From the NCBI GenBank assembly GCA_040752855.1, contig JBFMHP010000039.1, positions 5,202 through 69,201 of the forward strand: 64,000 bases of DNA, given 5' to 3'. The notes beneath the pieces are model-generated. The model was not told the DNA's origin and made no database searches. It worked only from the letters and a program-made list of their open reading frames with translations. Below, piece by piece: positions 6,993 through 17,509 of this stretch. Source of the DNA: Pseudomonadota bacterium (GTDB taxonomy: Bacteria; Pseudomonadota; Gammaproteobacteria; RBG-16-57-12). Both the position numbers and the translations under genes were made by a program. Positions within the stretch are counted from its first letter, which is position 1; every line of letters starts with the position of its first letter.

Positions 6993-9152
6993 TTAGAACT
7001 TGCCGTAATAGCCTTCTTTCAGGGCGTCGTAGAGGTTGGCGGCGGTGTGGATTTCGCCGTCGTATTCGATCTCGTCGTTGCCTTTGAGTTCGACCACGGT
7101 GCCGTCTTCCAGTGTGAAGCGGTAGAGGGTGTTTTCCAGGTCTTTCTCTTTGACCAGCACGCCTTGGAAGGCTTCGGGGTTGAAGCGGAAGGTGGTGCAG
7201 CCTTTGAGGCCTTGGTCGTAGGCGTAGAGATAGATGTCCTTGAAGTCTTCATACGGATAGTCCGTGGGGACGTTCGCGGTTTTGGAAATGGAGGAGTCGA
7301 TCCATTTTTGCGCGGCGGCCTGCACGTCGACGTGTTCCTTGGGCGTGATGTCTTCGGCGGTGATGAAGTAATCCGGCAGTTGCTCTTCTGCTTTGTCGGA
7401 ATACGGCATCGCCTTGGCGTTGATCAGTTCGCGGTAGGCGAGCAGTTCAAACGAGAACACGTCGACCTTTTCCTTGGTCTTCTTGCCTTCGCGGATGACG
7501 TTGCGCGAGTAGTGATGCGCGAAGCTCGGTTCGATGCCGTTGCTGGCGTTGTTGGCGAGCGACAGCGAGATGGTGCCGGTCGGCGCGATCGAGCTGTGAT
7601 GGGTGAAGCGCGCGCCGTGGGTGGCGATGTCTTCGACCACTTCGGGGGCGACTTGCGCGACGCGCTGCATGTAGCGGCTATATTTGGCCAGCAGCACCTT
7701 ACCTGTGAGTTTGTCGCCGATCTTCCAGCCGTCTTTCTTCATCTCGGGGCGTTTGCGCAGCATCTCGGCGCTGACGGTAAATTCCTGATCGAGCACCGGG
7801 GCGATGCCTTTTTCGCGCGCCAGCTCGACACCGACCTTCCAACCTTCCACCGCCAGTTCACGCGTGACGCGCTCGGTGAATTCCAGCGATTCGGGCGCAC
7901 CGTATTTCATGCCGAGCATGGTCATGGCCGAGCCGAGGCCGAGGTAGCCCATGCCGTGGCGGCGCTTGCCTTTGATCTCCGCGCGTTGCTGTTCGAGCGG
8001 CAGGCCGCTGACCTCGACGACGTTGTCGAGCATGCGCGTGAAGATGGCGACGACCTTGCGGTATTCGTCCCAATCGAAGTGCGCCTTATCGGTGAACGGA
8101 TGGCGCACGAATTTGGTGAGGTTCACCGAGCCGAGCAGGCAGGCGCCGTAGGGGGGAAGAGGCTGTTCGCCACAAGGATTGGTGGCGCGAATGGTTTCGC
8201 AGAACCAGTTGTTGTTCATCTCGTTGACCTTGTCGATCAGGATGAAGCCGGGCTCGGCGAAATCGTAGGTGGAGGCCATGATCAGGTCCCACAGGCGGCG
8301 GGCGCGGATGGTCTTGTAGATCTTGCAGGCGACCAGGCCGGCGGCGTCGGTGAGGTAGTCTTCCTTGGTGGGCCATTCGCGCCAGATCACTTGCGCGGGA
8401 TTGTTCAGATCGAGTTTGTCAGTCTCCGCTTCCTTTTCGGTGAGCGGGAAGATCAAATTCCAGTCGCCATCGTGCTTGACCGCTTCCATGAATTCCTGGG
8501 TGACCAGCAGCGAGAGGTTGAACTGGCGCAGGCGGCCGGATTCGCGCTTGGCGCGGATGAAGTCCATCACGTCGGGGTGGCTGACGTCGAAGGTGGCCAT
8601 CTGCGCGCCGCGGCGGCCGCCGGCACTGGAGACGGTGAAACACATCTTGTCGTAGATATCCATGAACGAGAGCGGGCCGGAGGTGTAGGCACCGGCGCCG
8701 GCCACGAACGCGCCTTTCGGGCGCAGCGTGGAGAATTCATAACCGATGCCGCAACCGGCCTTGAGCGTGAGCCCGGCCTCGTGGACCTTTTGCAGGATGT
8801 CGTCCATCGAATCACGGATGGAACCGGAGACGGTGCAGTTGATCGTGGAGGTGGCGGGTTTGTAGGCCTGGGCACCGGCGTTGGAGGTGATGCGGCCGGC
8901 GGGAATGGCGCCGCGGCGCAGGGCCCAGAGGAATTTCTCTTCCCACTCCTGTTGTTTTTCGGGGGTGGTTTCGACCTCGGCCAGGGCCTTGGCGACGCGC
9001 TTATAGGTGTCGTCGATGTCATGATCGAGGATCGTGCCGTCTTTTTTCTTCAGGCGATATTTCTTGTCCCAGATGTCCAGGGAGGCGGATTGGAAGGCGA
9101 TATCGGCGTTGGTGGAGACGGATTTCAAATGCGCGATCTTCATTGATGTCAT
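6993..9152 (-). CDS. nrdJa: adenosylcobalamin-dependent ribonucleotide reductase NrdJa
   Basis: PAGRI, STINCTV, GGRRGAQM, ATNPCGEQPL, IAPTGTISL, LKGCTTFR; ATG at 9152 with GAGAGGG RBS. Confidence 0.95.
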   Translation of the reverse strand: MTSMKIAHLKSVSTNADIAFQSASLDIWDKKYRLKKKDGTILDHDIDDTYKRVAKALAEVETTPEKQQEWEEKFLWALRRGAIPAGRITSNAGAQAYKPATSTINCTVSGSIRDSMDDILQKVHEAGLTLKAGCGIGYEFSTLRPKGAFVAGAGAYTSGPLSFMDIYDKMCFTVSSAGGRRGAQMATFDVSHPDVMDFIRAKRESGRLRQFNLSLLVTQEFMEAVKHDGDWNLIFPLTEKEAETDKLDLNNPAQVIWREWPTKEDYLTDAAGLVACKIYKTIRARRLWDLIMASTYDFAEPGFILIDKVNEMNNNWFCETIRATNPCGEQPLPPYGACLLGSVNLTKFVRHPFTDKAHFDWDEYRKVVAIFTRMLDNVVEVSGLPLEQQRAEIKGKRRHGMGYLGLGSAMTMLGMKYGAPESLEFTERVTRELAVEGWKVGVELAREKGIAPVLDQEFTVSAEMLRKRPEMKKDGWKIGDKLTGKVLLAKYSRYMQRVAQVAPEVVEDIATHGARFTHHSSIAPTGTISLSLANNASNGIEPSFAHHYSRNVIREGKKTKEKVDVFSFELLAYRELINAKAMPYSDKAEEQLPDYFITAEDITPKEHVDVQAAAQKWIDSSISKTANVPTDYPYEDFKDIYLYAYDQGLKGCTTFRFNPEAFQGVLVKEKDLENTLYRFTLEDGTVVELKGNDEIEYDGEIHTAANLYDALKEGYYGKF

Positions 9153-9256
9153 ACCCTCTCTTAATTGTAGTGGTTCTTGTTCTTGGTTGACTTGGTTGTG
9201 GATTTGTTCTGGCGCAAATCCTCTGGGAATGCGTGCTTTTTTTGATTGCACCCCAA

Positions 9257-9272
9257 ACACAATATGTTGTGT
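9257..9272. promoter_or_regulatory. NrdR box
   Basis: ACACAATATGTTGTGT matches the consensus acaCwAtATaTwGtgt, upstream of nrdJa. Confidence 0.8.
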
Positions 9273-9443
9273 GTTGGGCGTCAAGATTAGTGGGAATGAC
9301 ACAACATGTCAACACAGTGAGCATGATGGCTATTAAGTAAATAATTCTTAAATTACATATAGTTAAAACAATGTATTTTGCAACCCAAGGAAAAATTTCT
9401 AGTTTTTTCTGAAACTCGGGTGCGAATTGGTTTGTTCGCCATA

Positions 9444-9459
9444 ACACAAGATGTTGTGC
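9444..9459. promoter_or_regulatory. second NrdR-like box
   Basis: ACACAAGATGTTGTGC. Confidence 0.65.
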
Positions 9460-9482
9460 AGCCTTTGATTTTGAATATTGGG

Positions 9483-10370
9483 TCAATGACGGCTTGCTAA
9501 AAGCCGGTCAATCATCGATTCGGCTTGGCCGAGGTAGCCGCCCCCGAAGAGGTTGGCGTGATTGAGGATGTGGTAGAGGTTGTAGAGGACCTTGCGCCGT
9601 TCGTAGCCTTCCGCGAAGGGAAAGGCTGCCGCATAGGCTTGATAGAAGGCGGGTGAAAATCCGCCGAAGAGTTCGGTCATCGCGAGATCCGTTTCGCGGT
9701 CGCCGTAATACACGGCAGGATCGAAGATGACCGGCGCGCCGTGTGCATCGAAGGCGTAGTTGCCGGACCAGAGATCGCCGTGCAGCAGTGAAGGCGTTGG
9801 CCGATGGCCTTGAAGTAGAGCGGGAATGGCTTGGAGCAGTCGTTCACCACGCTGTTGTATCCTGCCGCCGAAGCCGCGCTCGGCCAGGCGTTGCAGCTGA
9901 AATCCGATGCGGTGCTCCTGCCAGAAGCGGCACCAGTCATCTGCATATTCGTTGGGCTGCGGCGTGGCGCCGATGGTGTTGTTGCGATACCAGCCGAAGC
10001 GCTTGCCCTGCACGCGGTGCAGCGCGGCGAGCTGTTCGCCCAGGCGCTGCTGCCCATCCTTGCCGCCGGAACCGAGGGCGACATATTCCAGCACCAGGTA
10101 GGCTTGTGCGCCGGCCACGCCGCCGCAGATCGGCGCGGGCACGCGGATGGCGCGGCTGGCGGCAAGCTCGCGCAGCCCCTCGGCCTCGGCCTCGAACATC
10201 TCCCGGGCATCGGCACTGTTGAGCTTGACGAAATACTGTTGCCCCGCGCCCGCGACGAGATACGCCTCGTTGATGCACCCGCCGCCCATGGCACGCTCTG
10301 ACTCCACCTGGAACGGCTGGCCGGTGGTCTCCGCGATGTGTTTGGCGATGATCGCCCAAGCATGACTCAT
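9483..10370 (-). CDS. fructosamine/ketosamine-3-kinase family protein
   Basis: GGGCIN, FVKLN, LLHGDLWSGN, FDPAVYYGDRETDLAMTELFGGF. Confidence 0.92.
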   Translation of the reverse strand: MSHAWAIIAKHIAETTGQPFQVESERAMGGGCINEAYLVAGAGQQYFVKLNSADAREMFEAEAEGLRELAASRAIRVPAPICGGVAGAQAYLVLEYVALGSGGKDGQQRLGEQLAALHRVQGKRFGWYRNNTIGATPQPNEYADDWCRFWQEHRIGFQLQRLAERGFGGRIQQRGERLLQAIPALLQGHRPTPSLLHGDLWSGNYAFDAHGAPVIFDPAVYYGDRETDLAMTELFGGFSPAFYQAYAAAFPFAEGYERRKVLYNLYHILNHANLFGGGYLGQAESMIDRLLASRH

Positions 10371-10468
10371 ATCCGAATATGCTCCGCGCGCCGCCATGAA
10401 ATGTTCATTGGCGGCCCTGTTACTGGTTATACTAACAAGCATACCGCGATAAATCCCGTAAGCCTGTC

Positions 10469-11026
10469 ATGCGCGAAAAGCCTCAGATATTGAACACCGA
10501 GATCCGGGCCAAGACCCGCTCCTTTACCGTGGAGGCGGTCGATCTGCGCTTCTCCAACGGCACCGAGGTGCAGTTCGAGCGCCTGGTCGGCTCGGGACAA
10601 GGCGCGGTGCTCGTCGTGCCGATGCTCGATGACACCACGGTGCTGCTCACCCGCGAATATTCCGCCGGGGTGCACCGCTATGAGCTGGCGCTGCCCAAGG
10701 GCCGGATCGAACCCGGCGAGGACAAGCTGGTGGCGGCCAACCGCGAGATCATGGAGGAGATCGGCTACGGCGCGCGCAAGCTCGAACACATCATCTCGCT
10801 TACCTTGGCTCCGGCGTATCAAAGCCATCACACGCATGTGATCCTGGCGCAGGATCTCTATCCGCAGCGCATGGCCGGCGATGAGCCCGAAGAGATCGAG
10901 GTGGTGCCGTGGCGCATCGACAATCTATCTGAACTCATTGCGCACGATGAATGCACCGAGGCGCGCAGCATCGCCGCGTTGTACATCGTGCGTGATCTGT
11001 TGAACGGCCGCGCGGGGGGCGCTTGA
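10469..11026 (+). CDS. nudE: ADP-compounds Nudix hydrolase
   Basis: LPKGRIEPGE...AANREIMEEIGYGA Nudix box, GDEPEEIEV; upstream of cysQ. Confidence 0.9.
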   Translation: MREKPQILNTEIRAKTRSFTVEAVDLRFSNGTEVQFERLVGSGQGAVLVVPMLDDTTVLLTREYSAGVHRYELALPKGRIEPGEDKLVAANREIMEEIGYGARKLEHIISLTLAPAYQSHHTHVILAQDLYPQRMAGDEPEEIEVVPWRIDNLSELIAHDECTEARSIAALYIVRDLLNGRAGGA

Positions 11027-11820
11027 TGCAGGAGCTCGAGCACCTGATCCCCGATCTGATCGAGCTTGCACAGGATGCCGGCGCGCGCATCATGGCGATC
11101 TACGAGGCCGGTTTTGATGTGACGCACAAGTCCGATCTGACCCCCGTGACCGAGGCCGACCTCGCCGCGCACCACGCGATACTCGCGGGGCTAGAGATCC
11201 TCACACCGGGGCTGCCGGTGCTCTCCGAGGAATCCGAAGAGATCCCCTTCAGCGAGCGTTCGCGCTGGCGCACCTATTGGCTGGTCGATCCGCTCGACGG
11301 CACGCGCGAATTCATCAAGCGCAACGGCGAATTCACCGTCAACATCGCCTTGATCGAGGAGCACGAGCCGATCCTCGGCGTCGTGTACGCGCCGGTCAGC
11401 GGGGTGTGTTATTACGCCGCACGCGGCCTCGGGGCCTTCAAACGCGGCAAGGATGGCGCAACCTCACAGATCCAAGTGAAATCGCGTTGCGACGCGCGAC
11501 TGATCGTTGCCGGCAGCCGCTCGCATCCCAGCACGTCCTTTCGCGCGTTCCTGAGCAAGATCAGCGATTATGAAGTGATCACCCTCGGCAGTTCGCTCAA
11601 GTCCTGTCTGGTGGCCGAAGGCAAGGTGGATATCTATCCGCGCCTGGGGCCGACCTCGGAGTGGGACACCGCCGCGGCGCAGTGCATCGTCGAACAAGCC
11701 GGGGGACTGCTCACCGATCTGAGCCTGCAACCGCTGCGCTACAACACCAAGGAATCCCTGCTCAATCCGCACTTCGTCGTCTTCGGCGATTGCAGCCGCA
11801 ACTGGCAGCAATATTTCTGA
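11023..11820 (+). CDS. cysQ: 3'(2'),5'-bisphosphate nucleotidase
   Basis: WLVDPLDGTREFI, GSSLKSCLVAEG, EWDTAAAQC. Confidence 0.95.
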   Translation: MMQELEHLIPDLIELAQDAGARIMAIYEAGFDVTHKSDLTPVTEADLAAHHAILAGLEILTPGLPVLSEESEEIPFSERSRWRTYWLVDPLDGTREFIKRNGEFTVNIALIEEHEPILGVVYAPVSGVCYYAARGLGAFKRGKDGATSQIQVKSRCDARLIVAGSRSHPSTSFRAFLSKISDYEVITLGSSLKSCLVAEGKVDIYPRLGPTSEWDTAAAQCIVEQAGGLLTDLSLQPLRYNTKESLLNPHFVVFGDCSRNWQQYF

Positions 11821-12020
11821 ACCCCGCCGGGCATATCAGAAGCGACTAACGAACTTTGCGGCGCGCCGCCCTCATCCGGCGCATCCCGCCGGAAATTTAC
11901 ATGTTTTAACAGCCGCGGTTGGCGGCTATATTTATAATGCGTTTAAAAGAAGAATTCGCCATGCAAGAAACGCCGGGCGTATTTCGCCGCGCGCATGGCG
12001 CACGAACCGAGGAGACAATA

Positions 12021-13376
12021 ATGAACACCAAGCAGCTTTACCCGCTCCTGCTGGGCGGCGCCATCCTGGCCGGCGTGAGCATGCCGGCAGCCGCCGAGAT
12101 GAAACCCGGCGACTTCTACGTCTCGCCCATGATCAATCACATCGAGGAAGACAGTGCTCGCAAGGTTGACGACGACAACAATTTCGGTGTGTCCCTCGGC
12201 CTGGGTTATGCGATCAGCAACCACTGGAACATCGAAGCCTACGGCGTACGCAATCGCCTGGAATATGAAACCGGAAACGGGCGGTACGACATGCTCGGCG
12301 CCGGCCTCGATGCACTCCTCATCTACGATCGCTCCAGCATCAGTCCCTACGGACTGATCGGCGCCGGCGCCTTGTGGACCCGCAGTGATGCCGTGCACCC
12401 CATGGCCAGCGCCGCCCTCGGCCTGCTCCTCCCCTTGAATCAACAAGGCGCGGCCGCGCGCATCGAGGCGCGCTATCGCCTCGACCAGAACGACGAGCAC
12501 TTCGCCGACGTTGACAGTTTCGAAGACTGGATCATCGGCGCCGGCCTGATAGTCCCGTTCGGCGCGGCCCCGGCACCCGCCGCGCCGGCCCCCACGCCCG
12601 CCCCGGCCGCCGTTGCCGTGCCCGCTCCCGCTGCGGCCCCCGCCGCCCCAGCGGCGATCGCCCTGCCACCGGCCGATGACGACAGCGACGGCGTGCCCAA
12701 CGGCGACGATCAGTGCCCGAACACCCCCGCCGGGGCCAAGGTCTACAAGACCGGCTGTGAAGTCGACAGCGATTTCGACAAGGTGGTCGACAGCGCGGAT
12801 GAGTGCCCGAACACCACGGCCGGCGTTGCGGTCGACGCGCGCGGCTGCGAGGCCGACGCCGATAACGACAAAGTGGGCAACAGCAAGGATCAATGCCCGA
12901 ACACCCCCGCCGGCATCCGGGTGGACGCCACGGGCTGCGAAATCGACAGCGATAAGGATGGCGTAGTCGACAGCGCGGACAAATGCCCCGGCACGGCCGC
13001 CGGCACCCGCATCGACAACCAGGGCTGCGAGCTCAAGGACGTCATCGTGCTCAAGGGCGTGACCTTCGCCACCGACTCCGCGCAACTGATCGGCGACTCG
13101 CGCCAGGTGCTGGATGAAATGGCCTCGATCATAAAACGCAACAAGGAGATGGTGGTCGAGATCCGCGGCTACACCGACAGCCACGGTTCCGAGCCCCACA
13201 ACGTGCAGCTCTCCCAGCGGCGCGCCGAGGCGGTGCGGGATTACTTGATCAGCAAGGGCGTGCCTCCGATCAGCCTCACGGCCAAGGGCTACGGCTCGAA
13301 AGACCCGATCGCCGACAACTACACCGCCACGGGACGCGCGGCCAACCGCCGCGTCGAACTGCACCGTCTCGAGTGA
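12021..13376 (+). CDS. OmpA/OprF-like outer membrane protein with Pro/Ala linker and thrombospondin type-3-like Cys/Asp repeats
   Basis: Signal peptide, beta-barrel region, repeated D-x-D-x-D-x-V...D-x-CPNT...GC, C-terminal GYTD...[13 protein letters not shown]...NRRVE. Confidence 0.9.
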   Translation: MNTKQLYPLLLGGAILAGVSMPAAAEMKPGDFYVSPMINHIEEDSARKVDDDNNFGVSLGLGYAISNHWNIEAYGVRNRLEYETGNGRYDMLGAGLDALLIYDRSSISPYGLIGAGALWTRSDAVHPMASAALGLLLPLNQQGAAARIEARYRLDQNDEHFADVDSFEDWIIGAGLIVPFGAAPAPAAPAPTPAPAAVAVPAPAAAPAAPAAIALPPADDDSDGVPNGDDQCPNTPAGAKVYKTGCEVDSDFDKVVDSADECPNTTAGVAVDARGCEADADNDKVGNSKDQCPNTPAGIRVDATGCEIDSDKDGVVDSADKCPGTAAGTRIDNQGCELKDVIVLKGVTFATDSAQLIGDSRQVLDEMASIIKRNKEMVVEIRGYTDSHGSEPHNVQLSQRRAEAVRDYLISKGVPPISLTAKGYGSKDPIADNYTATGRAANRRVELHRLE

Positions 13377-13383
13377 GCCGTAA

Positions 13384-13416
13384 AAGCCCCGCGCCGGACC
13401 TCGGCGCGGGGCGTTT
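13384..13416 (+). terminator. hairpin after the OmpA gene
   Basis: GCCCCGCGCCG-GACCT-CGGCGCGGGGC followed by GTTT. Confidence 0.6.
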
Positions 13417-13453
13417 CAGATACAACCACAACAACACCAGAGAGGAGAACATC

Positions 13454-13861
13454 ATGAGCTTCGTACAAGAATTCAAGCAGTTTGCGGTCAAGGGCAATGT
13501 CGTGGACATGGCGGTGGGTATCATCATCGGCGCGGCCTTCGGCAAGATCGTCTCGTCCTTCGTTTCCGACGTGATCATGCCGCCGCTCGGCGTGCTGATC
13601 GGTGGGGTGAACTTCACCGACCTGGCGGTCACCATCAAGGAGGCCGCGGGCGATGCGACCGCCGTCACCTTGAACTACGGCAAATTCATCCAGACCATCT
13701 TCGATTTCGTCATCATCGCCTTCGCCATTTTCATGGCGATCAAGTTCATCAACCGTCTCAAGAAGCAGGAAGAGGCCGCCCCGGCCGCCCCGCCGGCGCC
13801 GAGCAAGGAAGAGGTGCTGCTTGCGGAAATCCGTGACCTGCTCAAGCAACAGCGGTCATAA
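13454..13861 (+). CDS. mscL: large-conductance mechanosensitive channel
   Basis: [28 protein letters not shown]; LLAEIRDLL. Confidence 0.97.
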   Translation: MSFVQEFKQFAVKGNVVDMAVGIIIGAAFGKIVSSFVSDVIMPPLGVLIGGVNFTDLAVTIKEAAGDATAVTLNYGKFIQTIFDFVIIAFAIFMAIKFINRLKKQEEAAPAAPPAPSKEEVLLAEIRDLLKQQRS

Positions 13862-13928
13862 TACGCGGGCGTCGGAGCGAACTCCGCACCGTTTGTCACC
13901 CCGGCCCGCACCGGGGCGACAGTGATCC

Positions 13929-13965
13929 CAGAAGCCTCCGCCTCGCCACGGAGGCTTCTGCTTTT
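13929..13965 (+). terminator. intrinsic terminator after mscL
   Basis: CAGAAGCCTCCG...CGGAGGCTTCTG followed by CTTTT. Confidence 0.75.
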
Positions 13966-13988
13966 AGATTTATTATCCGGAGGACCCC

Positions 13989-14816
13989 ATGGACTTCAGC
14001 AAGCTGGCTGAAATCGACTTCATGAAACTCTACGTCATCCCGTGGAGCATCAATATCCTGCTGGCGCTGGCGATCTTCTACATCGGCCGCCGGCTCGCCA
14101 AAACCATCACCAAGGGCATCGACACCTTGATGCACAAGGCCGAGGTGGAAGAGACGCTGCGCCGCTTCCTGCGCAACATCATCAACGTCGTGCTGCTGGT
14201 GGTGGTGATCATCGCCGCGCTCGAGCAGCTCGGGGTGAACACCACCTCGGTGATGGCCGTGTTCGCCGCCGCCGGCCTGGCCGTCGGCCTGGCGCTGAAA
14301 GATTCGCTCTCGAGCTTCGCCGCCGGGGTCCTGCTGATCATCTTCAAGCCGTTCAAGATCGATGACTACATCGAAGCGGCCGGCACCGCCGGCACCGTCC
14401 AGTCGATCACCATCTTCCATACCGTGCTGAGCACCGGCGACAACAAGGAAGTGATCGTGCCCAATGCGCAGATCTACGCCGGCACCATCGTCAACTACAC
14501 TGTGAACGAGACCCGCCGCATCGATCTGGTCTTCTCCATCAGTTACGACGACAACATCAAGACGGCCAAGGACCTGATCCAACAGGTGATCGATGCCGAT
14601 CCGCGCATCCTCAAAGAGCCGGAGCCCCTGATCGCCGTCGGCGCCCTGGCCGACAGCAGCGTCAACCTCAATGTACGCCCCTGGGTGAAGACCGACGACT
14701 ACTGGCCGGTGTACTTCGACCTGCTGGAGAAGGTGAAGGAAACCTTCGACGCCAACGGCATCACCATCCCGTATCCGCAGTTCGATCTGCACTACGCCAA
14801 GCCCCCGGCGCCATAG
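13989..14816 (+). CDS. mscS: small-conductance mechanosensitive channel
   Basis: AAGLAVGLALKDSLSSFAAGVL, IVPNAQI, GITIPYPQ. Confidence 0.92.
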   Translation: MDFSKLAEIDFMKLYVIPWSINILLALAIFYIGRRLAKTITKGIDTLMHKAEVEETLRRFLRNIINVVLLVVVIIAALEQLGVNTTSVMAVFAAAGLAVGLALKDSLSSFAAGVLLIIFKPFKIDDYIEAAGTAGTVQSITIFHTVLSTGDNKEVIVPNAQIYAGTIVNYTVNETRRIDLVFSISYDDNIKTAKDLIQQVIDADPRILKEPEPLIAVGALADSSVNLNVRPWVKTDDYWPVYFDLLEKVKETFDANGITIPYPQFDLHYAKPPAP

Positions 14817-14828
14817 GCGAGGCTGTAC

Positions 14829-14885
14829 GTAGGAGCCTGCCCTGCAGGCGATGACCGATCATTCGCGAGCAGGGCTCGCTCCTAC
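14829..14885. repeat. GTAGGAGC-type REP pair
   Basis: GTAGGAGCCTGCCCTGCAGGCGA...TCGCGAGCAGGGCTCGCTCCTAC between convergent genes. Confidence 0.8.
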
Positions 14886-15385
14886 CGCCGCACCGCGCCG
14901 CGAAAGCCGCGGTACCCGTCGGGACGGACGGCCACCGTATTGCGCACCCGGACGCACAGCCTGCCCGCGCGATCGTAAAAGCCGTATTCGAACACCGGAT
15001 CGCTCTTCTGGCGCTGCGCGAGTTCCTCCTCGATCCGCGCGCGCTGCTCCGGCTCGAAGCGAAACACCATCTCCAAGGCATCGGTGCCGGGATGGAGGAA
15101 CTCGACCTGCAGGGATTTGGTCCAGACAATGTAGTCGGGAAACGCCCGGGCGCAGGCCAGGCCGGCGATCGGGTCGGCCACCGCGGCCGGCGCCCCGCCG
15201 AACATCGTGCCGCCGGGATTCTGGCTGCGAGCCGACAAGGGCAGGCGCAGCCGCACCACGCGCCAATCCGGTTGCAATTCCAGCACCTTGACGCGCAGGA
15301 ACGCGAACATCGGAAACCATTCCAGCCGACGCGCTTGCGACAGCGGCAGCACGCGCATCAGCCAGGCGTGAACAATGTTTTTCAT
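14882..15385 (-). CDS. hotdog-fold thioesterase-like protein (DUF4442/PaaI-like)
   Basis: NPGGTMFGG...ADP, YIVWTKSLQVEFLHPG. Confidence 0.75.
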   Translation of the reverse strand: MKNIVHAWLMRVLPLSQARRLEWFPMFAFLRVKVLELQPDWRVVRLRLPLSARSQNPGGTMFGGAPAAVADPIAGLACARAFPDYIVWTKSLQVEFLHPGTDALEMVFRFEPEQRARIEEELAQRQKSDPVFEYGFYDRAGRLCVRVRNTVAVRPDGYRGFRGAVRR

Positions 15386-15444
15386 GATGCTTCCTTTGGA
15401 ACAGATCCACTATCATTAGACCACTAAGACCCACCCGAGACCCC

Positions 15445-16245
15445 ATGAACGACCGCCCCAGTATCGCCGTGCAGGCCAGCGACCCAGCGCTCGACGCCCA
15501 GGCACATGCCCTCGCCGGCAGACTTCATTGTCCGCACTTGCACGCCGGCGCCGCGGGCGAGCATTCATTTCTCCTGGCCGTCACACCAGAACATCTCGAA
15601 CTGCGCCAGACCGGCCCGGAGGCGCCCGGCCCGATCTACGTCGATTTCCTCGGCGGCGCGGTCGGCCACCGCCGGCGTTTCGGCGGCGGCAAGCATCAAC
15701 CGATCGCGCGGGCCGTCGGTCTGGGCAAGGGACCGGCGCCGAGCGTGGTCGATGCCACCGCCGGACTCGGGCGCGATGCCTTCGTGCTGGCCTGCCTGGG
15801 CTGCAAGGTCACGCTGGTCGAGCGCTCCGCGGTCATCGCCGCCTTGGTGGAGGATGGCCTGCAGCGCGCCGCGCGCGATGCCGAGATCGGCGCGCTGGTC
15901 ACAGAGCGCATGCAGCTGGTGCAGGCGGATTCGATCGACTACCTGAGGGCGCTGGCCCCCGCGCAGCGGCCCGAGGTCGTGTATCTCGATCCGATGTATC
16001 CGCATCGCAAGAAATCGGCGCTGGTCAAAAAGGAGATGCGCATCTTCCGCGCGCTGGTCGGCGATGATCCGGATCATCCCCAATTGCTCGCCGCCGCGCT
16101 CGCCTGCGCCGGCAAGCGTGTGGTGGTCAAGCGCCCGAAGGGCGCGCCGGAGATCGAGGGCCCCAAACCCACCATGGCGATTGTCAGTGAACACACCCGG
16201 TTCGATGTCTACGTCATCGCCGCGCTGCACACCCGGCCCGATTGA
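15445..16245 (+). CDS. rsmJ: 16S rRNA m2G1516 methyltransferase
   Basis: [42 protein letters not shown]. Confidence 0.93.
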   Translation: MNDRPSIAVQASDPALDAQAHALAGRLHCPHLHAGAAGEHSFLLAVTPEHLELRQTGPEAPGPIYVDFLGGAVGHRRRFGGGKHQPIARAVGLGKGPAPSVVDATAGLGRDAFVLACLGCKVTLVERSAVIAALVEDGLQRAARDAEIGALVTERMQLVQADSIDYLRALAPAQRPEVVYLDPMYPHRKKSALVKKEMRIFRALVGDDPDHPQLLAAALACAGKRVVVKRPKGAPEIEGPKPTMAIVSEHTRFDVYVIAALHTRPD

Positions 16246-17481
16246 TCAGCGCGCGAAGATCCGCCCCGATTCGAACACCATCGCCCCGAACCGCTGGCCG
16301 TCGATCACCAGCGAGCGTTTCAGCGCGAAATCGAACAAAAGCGGATTGTGGCGCCGGATCTGCGAGAGCGCCCCGGCCTGGAGTTCGCTCAGCCAGCCCG
16401 CATCCACATAGCGTTGCAGTGAAAACAGCGGCATCACGCCCGGCAGCGGATAGTCCGAGCCATTGATCAGGCGCGGATGCCAGTCGGGGCGCTTGACGAG
16501 CAGCGCGATCGTCTCCAAGTCGCGGTTGATCTGCGGCACCGCGGCGACATCTCCGAACAACAGCCCCTGGTAGCGCGGCTCGTCCATCAGCCGCGCAAAC
16601 AACTCGATGTTCGGCCGCTCAACACTCGGGGATTGCTCCAGATCGGCGCTCGCGCCGATCGAGGCGCAGTGGGCCACGATCACCTTCACCCCCTGCTCCA
16701 GCGGGCGGCGCAGCAGCAGCGGATTGTTCAGACGATGACTGTCGGCCACATCCACCGCGTGCTCTTCCCCCGCGTGGGTCAGCAGCGGAATGGCATGCTG
16801 GCGCATTGCTTCATAGAAGCGGTCGCACAGCGGCGAGGCCGGATCGATGCCCATCGCCCCCGGCAGCCACTTGACCGCACGCGCCCCGTGCGCCGCCGCC
16901 CAGGCGAGCCGCTCCACGCAATCCGCGCGATACGGATGGACCGATGCGATCCACTCAAAGATATCCGGCCGGGCTTGCCGCACGGCGGCGGCATACTCGT
17001 TCGGCACATGAAAAGGACTGGTCTCCTGGAGCTCGCGCCCCTGTTCGTCAACGCGATAATCAAAGGCCAGAAGCATGGCGCGCGCGCCGGGACGAAACTC
17101 GCCCATGAGCTGCGCCAACCGCGCTACATAGCCCGCGTCCACCCCGGCAGCGTGCGTCGCGCAGCTGGCGTTGAGATAAAACTGAAACTGGGCAAACTGC
17201 ACCGGATGCCACATCGAGCGCATATTGGGATTTACCCAGATGCCGCTGTCGCCATCGCCGGTGCCGACCAGATGCACATGCGCATCCCACACCAGCGACG
17301 CATCCAATCCTTCCCACGCCGCCGCCAACACGTCATGGCGCTGCAACTCCTCCGGCAGCCGGTCCTCCAGACAGGAGTTCCAGACGCCCTCATCGGGCCA
17401 GTAGCGAAAACCGGCCGCGCCGACGGCCGACAGCCCAAACAAGGAAAGGAAGTGCCGTCTATTCATATTGCGCATCGTCAT
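16246..17481 (-). CDS. Tat-exported metal-dependent amidohydrolase
   Basis: NRRHFL Tat motif, DAHVH, LLTHAG, IVAHCAS, NGSDYP. Confidence 0.8.
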   Translation of the reverse strand: MTMRNMNRRHFLSLFGLSAVGAAGFRYWPDEGVWNSCLEDRLPEELQRHDVLAAAWEGLDASLVWDAHVHLVGTGDGDSGIWVNPNMRSMWHPVQFAQFQFYLNASCATHAAGVDAGYVARLAQLMGEFRPGARAMLLAFDYRVDEQGRELQETSPFHVPNEYAAAVRQARPDIFEWIASVHPYRADCVERLAWAAAHGARAVKWLPGAMGIDPASPLCDRFYEAMRQHAIPLLTHAGEEHAVDVADSHRLNNPLLLRRPLEQGVKVIVAHCASIGASADLEQSPSVERPNIELFARLMDEPRYQGLLFGDVAAVPQINRDLETIALLVKRPDWHPRLINGSDYPLPGVMPLFSLQRYVDAGWLSELQAGALSQIRRHNPLLFDFALKRSLVIDGQRFGAMVFESGRIFAR

Positions 17482-17509
17482 AACAACTCCTGCGCGCCTC
17501 CACAGAGCA

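Noticed and set aside
6921-9146. 741-aa plus-strand ORF
   Set aside because: Antisense shadow of nrdJa. The same applies to 11943-13364, 23943-25205, 35660-37426 and 61310-62848, as expected from high-GC codon bias.
6993-9152. Intein or intron in nrdJa
   Set aside because: Catalytic motifs are contiguous, the length is normal for NrdJa, and no splicing motifs are visible.
12560-13030. DNA-level repeats in the OmpA gene
   Set aside because: Explained by the Pro/Ala linker and thrombospondin type-3-like repeats known in OprF-like proteins.
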